The notes under the pieces are model-generated. The model searched no databases. It saw nothing but the letters and a program-made list of their open reading frames with translations, and was not told the DNA's origin. A stretch of DNA of 64,000 nt, taken from assembly GCA_030264375.1 (NCBI GenBank), contig JASCQW010000043.1, forward strand, positions 90,202,732 through 90,266,731, in the 5' to 3' direction. Shown here in pieces: positions 24,689 to 35,520 of this stretch. Within the stretch, counting starts at the first letter, position 1; each line of letters starts with the position of its first letter. This stretch comes from Carcharhinus longimanus. Lineage: Eukaryota. Both the position numbers and the translations under genes were made by a program.

Positions 24689-26299
24689 CTAAAGCAAAAA
24701 GAAAAACAAAAATAATGAAAACGAAATCAGATTTTTATAGTTACCAGACAACATTTTTCACAAGACAGTCAATATCCTACTGTTCTACACAATCCAATAG
24801 TCTATCATTGCAGTCCATTAGCTATTAACTTGTGAAGCATTTTTCACACGGCTGTCACTTTTACTGTTGGCTAAACATAAATAGCTCTATTTTACCATTT
24901 TGATTCTAAGTGCTGAGCGGATTTAAATCTGGGGGTGTTTCAGATCTGACTTTTAGACCTGTTCTCCAGCACCCCCATACACACACTGCCTGAAAAAATA
25001 TCAGTGAGTCCGAATCGCACTGAAGAATCCTTTGGTGAGGGCTTATCATGCCCAAAATCCTGCAGCTCTGATCAGCGCCTCCAAATGCACATGCGCAAAA
25101 AAAATTATAGAATGTTGCTTCCCTGCCACATCGCTCCCAGATAATGTCTCCCCACAGACATTTCCCTACCCCACAACATTACTGACCCTNNNNNNNNNNN
25201 NNNNNNNNNNNNNNNNNNNNNNNNNNNNNNNNNNNNNNNNNNNNNNNNNNNNNNNNNNNNNNNNNNNNNNNNNNNNNNNNNNNNNNNNNNNNNNNNNNNN
25301 NNNNNNNNNNNNNNNNNNNNNNNNNNNNNNNNNNNNNNNNNNNNNNNNNNNNNNNNNNNNNNNNNNNNNNNNNNNNNNNNNNNNNNNNNNNNNNNNNNNN
25401 NNNNNNNNNNNNNNNNNNNNNNNNNNNNNNNNNNNNNNNNNNNNNNNNNNNNNNNNNNNNNNNNNNNNNNNNNNNNNNNNNNNNNNNNNNNNNNNNNNNN
25501 NNNNNNNNNNNNNNNNNNNNNNNNNNNNNNNNNNNNNNNNNNNNNNNNNNNNNNNNNNNNNNNNNNNNNNNNNNNNNNNNNNNNNNNNNNNNNNNNNNNN
25601 NNNNNNNNNNNNNNNNNNNNNNNNNNNNNNNNNNNNNNNNNNNNNNNNNNNNNNNNNNNNNNNNNNNNNNNNNNNNNNNNNNNNNNNNNNNNNNNNNNNN
25701 NNNNNNNNNNNNNNNNNNNNNNNNNNNNNNNNNNNNNNNNNNNNNNNNNNNNNNNNNNNNNNNNNNNNNNNNNNNNNNNNNNNNNNNNNNNNNNNNNNNN
25801 NNNNNNNNNNNNNNNNNNNNNNNNNNNNNNNNNNNNNNNNNNNNNNNNNNNNNNNNNNNNNNNNNNNNNNNNNNNNNNNNNNNNNNNNNNNNNNNNNNNN
25901 NNNNNNNNNNNNNNNNNNNNNNNNNNNNNNNNNNNNNNNNNNNNNNNNNNNNNNNNNNNNNNNNNNNNNNNNNNNNNNNCCTTCCCCGGCCCCCCCCCCC
26001 CACCCATCGAGCCCCACTGCATTTGCCCTCTAAGAGCCACCACCTGATAGTCTGCAGGAGTCACGTCACCATTTCTTTCATGGCTCCTTCTGTCTCCACA
26101 GGAGAAGACCTACCACAACATCTGTGATAAGGCAAAGACAGGGGGTGGTCAGCCAACCTCAGGGTCCTCAGCCCCTTTGAGGAGCAGGCGCTGGAGCTCT
26201 CAAGGGAAGGGGAGGTGCGGGCTGTCAGCAACAGCATGGTGGGGCTGCCATCAAGATGTGAGCACCGGTCATTCCTTCAATCACTCTGAGGCAACTTCT

Positions 26300-26600
26300 T
26301 AGGGCACGAGTTTTGGGTGCAAGGGGCAAGGTTTAAAGGAGATTTAGGAAGCGTGTTTATTTGCTCAGAGAGGGTAGTGGGTACCTGGAACTCGCTGCTG
26401 AGGGAGGACGTGGATGCAGATAGATAGTGGCCTTTAAGGGGCAGCTCTACAGCTATGTGAATGGGATGGGAATTGAGGCATATGGTCCCCAGAAGGATAG
26501 GGGGTTATAAATCAGATGGATAGCCTGGTCACTATAGGCTTGGAGAGACGAAGGGTCTGTTCCCGTGATGTAATTTTGTTGCTGTTGTTCTACGTTCAAT
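26300..26600 (+). mobile_element. CR1 3' fragment nested in the Harbinger element
   Basis: agggcacgagttttgggtgcaaggggcaaggtttaaaggagat...cagagagggtagtgggtacctggaactcgctg, then the CR1 3' UTR. Confidence 0.75.
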
Positions 26601-26739
26601 GGAGAAATGTGAATCATGTGCTTGGCATCCCGAATTCCTCACCCTCCCTTGCATTTAACCTTGTATCCTGTGTTGCAGGGACAGATCCGAATGCCCTGGG
26701 ATCTTCTGGACTACAAGCCCTTGCTGCAGCTCCTGCCCA

Positions 26740-27879
26740 CCCTGATCAAGGCAGCTCAGACGAGTCCTTGGAGATCATGGGTGAAGGGACCTCCAAGGGT
26801 GGCCTCCTCCACGTCCTCCTCCTCCTTTGATAGGCACCTCTCTGCTGTGCCATGTTGTGCAGGGCACAGCACAGCACCACAATGCAGGAGGAGGTTAGGG
26901 GGCTGTACTGGAGGGCCCCGCCAGATCCGTCCAGGCACTGGAATCACATTTTGAGGAGCCAATGCGTCTCTCCCACTATGACTAAATGGGCCTCATTATA
27001 GTGGGTCTTTGCCTCAGGCACAGGCCTCTGCACAAGTGTCATCAGCCATGTCCGATGCGGGTAACCCATATCACCCAGGAGCAACCCCCGCAGCCTGGGC
27101 TCCTCCTCAAATACCTCCAGGATGTCTGAGCTCCTGACAATGATGCTGCCTGGATGTCTGGTGCAGATGTGCATGATGGTCATATTGTGGTCACACATGA
27201 GTTGTACATTTGGGGAATGGAACCCCTTCCTATTTACAAATCTCCACGGATTCTGTAGGGGGGCCTTTAGGGTGATGTGTGTGCAGTCGATCACATCCTG
27301 GCAATGACTGCGAACCCTGCAGCCCGGGCTCCCTGCTGTGCCTGGTCCAGGTTGAATTTGATGAACTGGCCAGCCTGGGCATACAGGGCTTCAGTGACCT
27401 GCCTCACACAGGTGTGCACAGCAGATTGGGAGGTGCCACAGACATCTCCGCTCGGGGTCTGGAAAGAGCCAGTAGCATAAATGTTTAGAGCAGCCATTAA
27501 GTTGACAACCAGCGACAGGGGCTGTAGCCCACCCCCCCACTTCTAGGTGCCAGGTCCTGCAACAGATTGGATAAGAATTGCACAGTCTCCCTTCAGAGTC
27601 AGAGACGCGGAGATGTCAGCAGCACACGGTGTCCGACAGTTGCTTGAAGGACACTCATGCACAGAATTGCTGGGATATTGCTCCCTCCTTCTCCGAGGCA
27701 ACACCCCACCCCCCCACCCCACCAGGGTGAACGGTGGCCACCTCCTGCCTCTGGTGGTCGTCTCCCTCTGGTCCCGGAAATGATAAGGCCCGCAATTCTT
27801 CTTTCTGCTCCTCCTCCTCCTCAGCTCCAGAATCAATCAGAAGAACAGCTAAATCTACTGGTTGCATAGAAAAAGCCAT
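26740..27879 (-). pseudogene. Harbinger (HARBI1-like DDE) transposase pseudogene
   Basis: AALNIYATGSFQ..GDVCGTSQSAVH..VRQVTEAL / IDCTH..VNRKGFHS.NVQ..CD / LLGDMGYP / LLKM*FQCLDGSGGALQYSP..CCALHN. It has frameshifts and a TGA stop at a position where CGA (Arg) is expected. Confidence 0.92.
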
Positions 27880-30304
27880 GTTGTCACTCTGACGGGGCAA
27901 GCGGGTGGGGGTAGGGGGGACGGGGGGTGGAGAGGAACACTTGTAGANNNNNNNNNNNNNNNNNNNNNNNNNNNNNNNNNNNNNNNNNNNNNNNNNNNNN
28001 NNNNNNNNNNNNNNNNNNNNNNNNNNNNNNNNNNNNNNNNNNNNNNNNNNNNNNNNNNNNNNNNNNNNNNNNNNNNNNNNNNNNNNNNNNNNNNNNNNNN
28101 NNNNNNNNNNNNNNNNNNNNNNNNNNNNNNNNNNNNNNNNNNNNNNNNNNNNNNNNNNNNNNNNNNNNNNNNNNNNNNNNNNNNNNNNNNNNNNNNNNNN
28201 NNNNNNNNNNNNNNNNNNNNNNNNNNNNNNNNNNNNNNNNNNNNNNNNNNNNNNNNNNNNNNNNNNNNNNAGCCACATGCTCCCCATAATCACAGCTCCT
28301 GCAAAGTTGACAGGCTGCAGCAGTGCAGTTTGCAATGGCTTTGTGCACATCCTTCAGCTGGAAATGAGCTGAGTGCACTCAGACTCAACAGCAGCGCAAG
28401 ACTCGCGTTTAGCGCTGAGACCCAGGTCCGTGCTGCAAGTCAGACATCGGAGACTCTGCTGAGCAACAGCTCCCACCCCCCACACTTATTCTGAGTAGTA
28501 CCCTTTCAATAAAGGGTGCTGACTCACACGCTCATGAGTAACGCGAGCTGCCACCGACCTGACACGGAAAATGGCCACAATAACAGGACACCGCTGAGTA
28601 GCAGAGAGCTGTCAGACACAATGCACATACTTCCTCACTAACCATCACTGATGGAGCGCCCGAATCGGACTTCAATTGAGCATGCCTGATTCATGCTAAT
28701 TCCAGATTGGCAAATGCTGTGGTAAAGGATGAAGTGCCGGTAAGGTTGGGCGTGCAGCAAATTAATTAACTTAAATGCATTCAAATGCATTTAAAAGGCC
28801 ATCGTGCCTGCTTCAAGCGTGGTCCCAATCATGGCCATTTTTGAGCTTTGGTAAAGGGGAATCACGCTCCTCACCTCACACCCGACTTTATCAAGTTTTT
28901 AAGCCCGAAAACTTGATGATAAAATCGGGCCCAAAGAGTACAATACTAATTTATGGTACTGCTTTTCTGAAAATTAATCTCACTTCCATTTGTTGTTTCG
29001 ATGAGTTACATTTACAGATACTTAACATGACTGTTATATTAACACTAATGGAGTTTGCAAGGCATAATGCTGCTCAGAGTTGAGATAACATCAACAAAAC
29101 GTTGCCTCAAATCCTCCCATGAGCAGCAATGCTGTCAGATTGCCAGCTAGGATGGAAAATAAATGTACGGAAGTAATTGAATGTGAGGTGGCATTCCGAT
29201 ACTGATCGCCACTCCGAGGAAACTCAACCCCAACTGTTGACGTTGGATCAGAGGCAGCCAATCAGGTAAACTCGAAAGCAGAAAACAGAACACCCCTTTC
29301 CTGTTTCTGCAAACAATTGTTTTGCATATTTTGTTTGCTATTGTAATGTCAACACAAAATTATTTTAATTTCCAGCACAAGAATATCAACATTTCCTGGT
29401 AAGTTCAAAAGGGCAACTTTGGCTATGAATTGCTGTTGTCAACAATAATCCCGTTATGGTTTAATTTGGTCAACTGGCATTTCTCCATCCACTATTTTAA
29501 TCAAGGGTGCTGACTCAAACATTTTAACTTCATTGTGTAAAGCTTATATTGAAATCCACGCTCACAATCATAGTTATTTCCAGATTTGAAATACTTGTAA
29601 ACCTTCCAGGAGGAATTCTAGTTGGATTGAAAGACAGAATTATTGAATGTTCCGAAATGGAAAAAAAGTTCACAAAGTGTCAAAAATCAACATGTTCTGG
29701 GGATGGCAACCTCCCAGATTTCTGTAAATTTCCTGCCTTCGTTATTCACATTCCTTCTCAGGGATTTCTGAATGTGCTACTGCTGTAAGGAATGGGTCAA
29801 TCACTACAGGATATGACTCATCTCAGATTAACATCTGGCATAGTAACTCGTAAGATTCAAAGATTTTTATTATTCGTTTACTCAAAACCAAATTCAAATT
29901 CCAAATGAGAGTTACCTGTGCTTGCTTCTTTTTCTGAATAGTTAATACACTGATCAACAAAGATGTAGGTTCTCAGTGAAACTTGGAACCCGCCTAATCC
30001 AGCACTATTTACAAGTATCAAATAGTTGGCAGCATCTTATTTCCTAGCATATTGTAATAAAAACTCTGCTATCAACAGAAGAACTGCTTCCATTTTACAT
30101 TTTAAATCTTTAAGGTCTAATTGATTCTCAGCCATAACAGTATTGTCACTTTAACTCAGTAAGATATATTTATTTTCTTGTAGTGTTCTCAGAGCATGCC
30201 TTCCTCTGAAACATATTGATTCCTGGCACTTCATTTTGTGACCTTTCTGATATTTTGGTACAAACAATAATCCTGTCCCATTTGAGACTTCTCGGATAAT
30301 GAAG

Positions 30305-31070
30305 CAGTCTGTGTGCAGGATGACCTGGATAACTTTCAGGCTTAGGCTGATCGGTAACACCATGCCACTTTAAGCCAGACAATGCCACTTCCCCCAACAG
30401 AGCGCATGTTCATGCCCCTTTGACATTCAGTGGCATCACTGTTGCTGAATCCCACACCATCATCATTGACCAGAAGCATAACTGTGCCAGCCACATGAAT
30501 ACACTGGCTACACAATCAGGTACGAGGTTAGGAATTCTGCAGTGACTGACTCCTGCAAAGTCTTTCCACCATTTTTAAAGGTACAAGTCAGGAGTATATT
30601 GGAATACCATCCACTTGCCTGACGGATGTCATTTGGACCAAACTTAATCCAGGTCAAAGCAGCCTACCTGATTGGCACCCTATCCCCACAAACAGTCAGA
30701 TCCTCCAAAACTGACTCAAAGTAGCAGCAGTGTATACTATTTACAAGATGCACTGCTGCAACTCACCAAGACGTCTCTAACCACACCTTTCAAACTTGTG
30801 AACTGTACCACCTTGAAGAACAAGGACAATAAGTGCATGAGGCCACCACAGCCTGCATCTTCCAAGTCACACACCACCCTGACTTGGAAATGTATCGCAG
30901 TTCCTTTATCATCGCTGGGTCAAAACCCTGGAACTCCTTATCTAATAACACCATGGGAGCAGCTACACCATAAGGACAGTAACATTTCATCACGGTCGTT
31001 CACAACTATCTCTGCTCAAGGGCAATTTGGCTTTGGCAATAAATCTATGTCTACATCCCATAAATGAACA
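30305..31070 (+). mobile_element. CR1/L2-superfamily LINE (Crack/Zenon-like) RT C-terminus and 3' tail
   Basis: Degenerate QDDLDNFQA*AD..LTFSGITVAES..IDQK.N..SHMNTLA..RLGIL..QVRSILEY.PLA, ending with the tail ctcaagggcaa...ggcaataaat. Confidence 0.75.
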
Positions 31071-31083
31071 AAGTAAAATTTGT

Positions 31084-31150
31084 TGGCACGGTGACTAGCA
31101 CTGCCATCTCACAGCACCAGGGACCCGGGTTTGATTCCAGCCATGGGTGA
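31084..31150 (+). mobile_element. HE1 SINE tRNA head only
   Basis: tggcacggtgactagcactgccatctcacagcaccagggacccgggtttgattcc, containing A and B boxes. Confidence 0.7.
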
Positions 31151-31822
31151 CCTGAATCTTGAGGGTGGTAGAATTTTCCTTACTGGAATTATGCTGGGGT
31201 CTTTTTTCTATTCTTTCATGGGATGCAGACTTCACTGGCTAGGGCAGCATTTGTTGCTCATCCCTAATTNNNNNNNNNNNNNNNNNNNNNNNNNNNNNNN
31301 NNNNNNNNNNNNNNNNNNNNNNNNNNNNNNNNNNNNNNNNNNNNNNNNNNNNNNNNNNNNNNNNNNNNNCAGCAGTTGTTGCTCATCCCTAATTGCCTTT
31401 GAGAAGGGCATGACCATGGTCATATCTCTTTATGTGTCTTGGTATGCATGCTGCAATACACTAAGTCCTATTCCTAACAGCACTGCTATTCCCACTAACA
31501 TGACCAATGGAGACAAGAACTTCAGATGTAGTGTGTCCGGAGTATTTCTCTAGTGGTGCCTCCTGATCAATGAAGAAGGTGTTGGAGTAGTTACCTATAG
31601 GAGAGGAACAGCAAGATTCTACTGCCCATTATCTGAAAAAGAAGATAACTTGCACTTGCCCCACTTGCATAATTTTGCAACAAGGAGTCAGGTGGCTATA
31701 AAAAAACTTTTAAAGGAGCATGGTCTCCACCATTTGCTCTGTTTCAGGCTTATATTAATGTAACATGGAGAATAAATCAATAAGACAGAATTATCATCAT
31801 TACTTTGTTTGCATATACTCAC

Positions 31823-31960
31823 CAGGCACAATGTAGGTATGGAAAATTGAATGCAGACCAAAGTTCACAGAAAAGATTATCACTAATCCAGCACAACAGA
31901 GCGAGGGCCCACCAAAAGCCTGCTAAGAGACCCAGCTTATACACACGAACATTTTCACAC
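31823..31960 (-). CDS. acer2: Alkaline ceramidase 2, internal coding exon (exon 5, 138 nt, phase 2-2)
   Basis: Splice sites cctttttcag|G...CCTG|gtgagt. Translation (R)[45 protein letters not shown](W). Joins exon 6 in frame to rebuild the Zn-binding HxxxH motif (HCAWH). Confidence 0.96.
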
Positions 31961-33137
31961 CTGAAAAAGGAGGAAATACAAATGAAGTAACTGAAGTAAA
32001 GTTTAATGTGACGTACTTACCGCACAACCACAGTTGGAATTTTCAACTGACTAAAACGCAAGAGCTTTAGTATGTTGACAATTTCCAGCAGGCTTTGTCG
32101 AGGTTCTTCCCCAGGGCCATAGTATTAGCAATGGGTTCCCTGGCCAATCCAGGATGGCTGCCAGAATGCCATATTCAATCTATTAAAGGGGAGGATTTTT
32201 AACTGGCAAGACCATGGCATGAGTTAGAAGAGGTCAACTGGATGTGGACTGTTGAGGTTTTAATGAAGACAGGAGTGGAGAGTAGATCTGGAAAGGCTGC
32301 GCCTCAGATCACTCATTCTTATCTGGAGGTTATGTTGCAGGATCTGAGGGGCTGTGCTGACGTGGGCTCTACCAAGTACAAGAGGAAGAGGAGGATCTCA
32401 CCGACCAAGCAGGTGAAGATGGAGGTGGTCAAAGAAGTCAGCAGCAGAGATCTGGTCTGTCCAACTTGGAGTTAGTGCACCAGGAGGATCCAGGAGCTCA
32501 GGAGAGCAGTCAGAAGGAGTGATAACACTTTCGTTTACCAAGCCCCACACTCTGACTTTCTGTGGAGCTAGAGTTCTACATCCACCCCTTCAGCCTTGTA
32601 GTTCAGCAGAAGGCAGAAGGTGCTGGCATTACTTCCGTTGTTGGTGATGCCGCAAGAGCCACATGGGCAATCTCCTTGTTTTTCTAAAGGTTGACAGCAG
32701 GGAAGTGCTGCTGAAGGTGTGGGAAGTGCAAGAAGTTGGCAATGACCTGTCAAGCACTGAAAAATCACCCTCTGAGGAGTGCAGTGAGCAGCAGCCTCTC
32801 ACATGGCCATGGCTGCAGCTCTTCAACTTCAGTGATAAAAGGCTTTCCAACTGTCAGTTTCACTGAAGAAACATCCCCTATTGCCCACACCTCAGTGATC
32901 ATGGCTAGTCACTGATAACATGGGAAACAGGGTCTGCTGGCTGTTGAAGGTGGAATCCTTGGTTAAAACCATCCAGGTGAAACATGGAAATATCTGAATG
33001 ATATCAGGATCCAGACCTAAAGTCAGGTTCTGGGGATTTCATTCCCTGCACACACCCAAACCCACCTAACCCTCACATGTTAAAATTTCACCTCATAGTT
33101 TCTCCTGGGTGGATGGACTTGGAAGAATGATCATCTG

Positions 33138-33416
33138 GGCGGTATGTGGCACAGTGGTTAGCACTGCTGTCTCATAGTGCCAGGGACCTGAGATCAATTC
33201 CAGCCTTAGGTCACGGTTTGTTTGCAAGTTCTCCCTGTGTCTGCATGGGTTTCCTCCAGGTGCTCCGGTTCCCACCACAGTCTGAAAGCCATGCTGGTTA
33301 GGTGCAATGGCTACGTTAAATTCTCCCTTAGTGTATCCGAACAGGCGCCGAAACGTGGTGACTAGGGGATTTTCACAATAACTTCACTGTGTGTTAACGT
33401 AAGCCTACTTGTGACA
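33138..33416 (+). mobile_element. HE1-head SINE with an alternative tail
   Basis: Head tggcacagtggttagcactgctg; tail aagcctacttgtgaca, which is interrupted by the next element. Confidence 0.85.
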
Positions 33417-33437
33417 AGCAGGGAATGTCTCAACTTT

Positions 33438-33756
33438 CATAGAATCCTACAGTGCAGAAGAAGACCATTTGGCCCATCAAGTCTGCACCGACCACAATTC
33501 CACCCACGCCCTATCCCCATAACCCCATGCATTTACCCGAGCAAGTGCCCCTGACACAAGGGCAATTTAGCATTGCCAATCCACCTAATGTGCACGTCAT
33601 TGGACTGTGGGAGGCAACTGGAGCATCCGGAGGAAACCCCTGAAGGCATGGGGAGAACATGCAAACTCCACACAGACAGTGACCCAAGACCAGAATTGAA
33701 CCTGAGTCCCTGGCACTGTGAGGCAGCAGTGCTAAATACTGTGCCATCGTGCCGCC
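33438..33756 (-). mobile_element. HE1-type SINE inserted in the tail of the previous SINE
   Basis: Full reversed HE1 copy. The host SINE tail resumes at 33759 (gtgacactgataaataaa). Confidence 0.85.
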
Positions 33757-34486
33757 CAGTGACACTGATAAATAAATCAAGATAAATCTAATTTAACAAA
33801 AGATTATCTTAACATTTGTATTTTTNNNNNNNNNNNNNNNNNNNNNNNNNNNNNNNTTTTTCTAACCTGTTTCTTCTGTTAGTTTCCTCTATCTACACTG
33901 AGCATCAACCTGGAGTAGTTGAAAAGTTTCTGCCAATGCTGATCTTGAATTAACCACTAGATGGCATGTGAAAGGTTGACTTATTTTCACTCCTTCCCAG
34001 CACTGAGTTCACCAGCTCCACAAATGGAACACGTACTCCAATCATTTCCAATGATATTCTGAAAATTGCGAATTATATTTTTTTTCCTATTCTTTAGGGT
34101 TAAATTTTGTTTCAATATAACATATCTGGGTGCTCAAATTTGTAGAGTGTTACAAGTGGCATTTACATGACCACAATGATGATAGGTTGCAACTTCATTT
34201 AAATATTGGGAAGCTAAATTTATGTTTTAGGATGACATTCAATAAAATAAGCCACAACGGTAAATTAATTTGAATGTCTGACAGTGTCAACAAAGCACAA
34301 AAGGAAATAGCTTATTTATGTATATGATGGGTCCTGTAATGAAATTACGATCCCAACACTATTTTAATAAAAAGTCATGGCAGTCCCATCAAATTCCAAT
34401 GCCTCAGTGAAATCTTCAGCCAACAGGAACTGCTGTCTTCTGGAGCATGCATTGTCAGTGGCTTTCAAAGTCACCACAGTCCTTCA

Positions 34487-35520
34487 CATAAGAACAGGAG
34501 CAAAGGTAGGCAATTTAGCCCCTCAAGTCTGTTCCACAATCCAATATGATCATGGCCTCATCTCCACCTTTCTGTCCACTGCCCTTTATCCTGTTACTAA
34601 TTAAAAACCTATCCCTCTCCTCCTTAAATTTGTTTAGAGTTCCAGCATCCATTGCACTCTGGGGTAGCAAATTTCACAGATTCGTGATCCTATGAGTGAA
34701 GTAATTCTTCCTCATTTCTGTTTTAAATCTGCGCCCCCCCCCCACATTAGCCTAAAACCATGGCCATTCATTTTAGAATGTTCAAAGGTAAACTCGCTCT
34801 CTATCTAGTGATGTCCATCTCCTTTGGCATCTTATATGCCTCCATTAGATCTCCTCTCATTCTTCTAAACTCCAGCAAGTTCTCAACTCAATCTCAACAT
34901 AAGACAGGACCTCCATCTCTAGAATGAATCTGGTAAATCTTATCTGAACCACCTCTAATGCATTTACATCCTTCCTCAAGTAAGGGGGTCAGAATTGTGT
35001 GCAGTACTCCAAATGTGGTCTCACCAATGCCCTATACAGTTGCAACAGCCCTCTCTACCTTTATCCTCTATTCCATTAGTAATGAATGCCAAAATTCCAT
35101 TTGCCTTCCTTATTACCTGCTGCAACTGCATTCTAATCTTCTGCGATTCGTGCATGGGGACAGCCAGATCCCCATACACCAAAGCATTTTGAAGTTTCTC
35201 TCCATTTCGATAAAAAGCTGCCTTTTTCTTCCTCAGACCAAAATGGGTAATTCACAACTATCTACATTAAATTCCACCTGCCATATTTGGTCCACTCACC
35301 TAACCTATTCATATCCATTTGTAAATTTCTAATTTCCTCATTGCAACTTGCTTTCCCAGCTATTTTAGTGCAAAGTTTGCTATGGTACATTCTACCCCTG
35401 CATCCATGTCATTAATATAGATTGTAAATAGTTGGGGCCTGAGAACCAAACCTTTAGCATACCACTAGTTGCAGCTTGGCAACCAAAAAAGAACCAATTT
35501 ATCTCCACTTTTTGCTTTGC
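34487..35520 (-). mobile_element. CR1 LINE, 5'-truncated
   Basis: Reversed CR1 3' tail (cataagaacaggagcaaaggtaggc) and reversed RT motifs (IYIND, KANGILAFI, LVRPHLEYC). Confidence 0.88.

Larger units (their letters stand above)
24882..28932. mobile_element. PIF/Harbinger DNA transposon (decayed, two-gene type) in acer2 intron 5
   Basis: Transposase on the minus strand and a Myb/SANT-like partner remnant on the plus strand at about 26040-26260 (EKTYHN..KAKTGGG...PFEEQALEL). Degenerate TIRs: TAGCTCTATTTTACCAT on the left versus the reverse complement GGGCCCGATTTTATCAT on the right. Confidence 0.75.

Noticed and set aside
26740-27879. Possible domesticated HARBI1 gene
   Set aside because: It has frameshifts and an internal stop, lacks part of the GSxHD motif, and sits inside a TIR-bounded element with a Myb partner.
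32230-32960. Possible third Harbinger Myb/transposase remnant
   Set aside because: Only faint motif resemblance (VDSREVLL..W..CKK..NDL). Too degraded to call without an HMM search.
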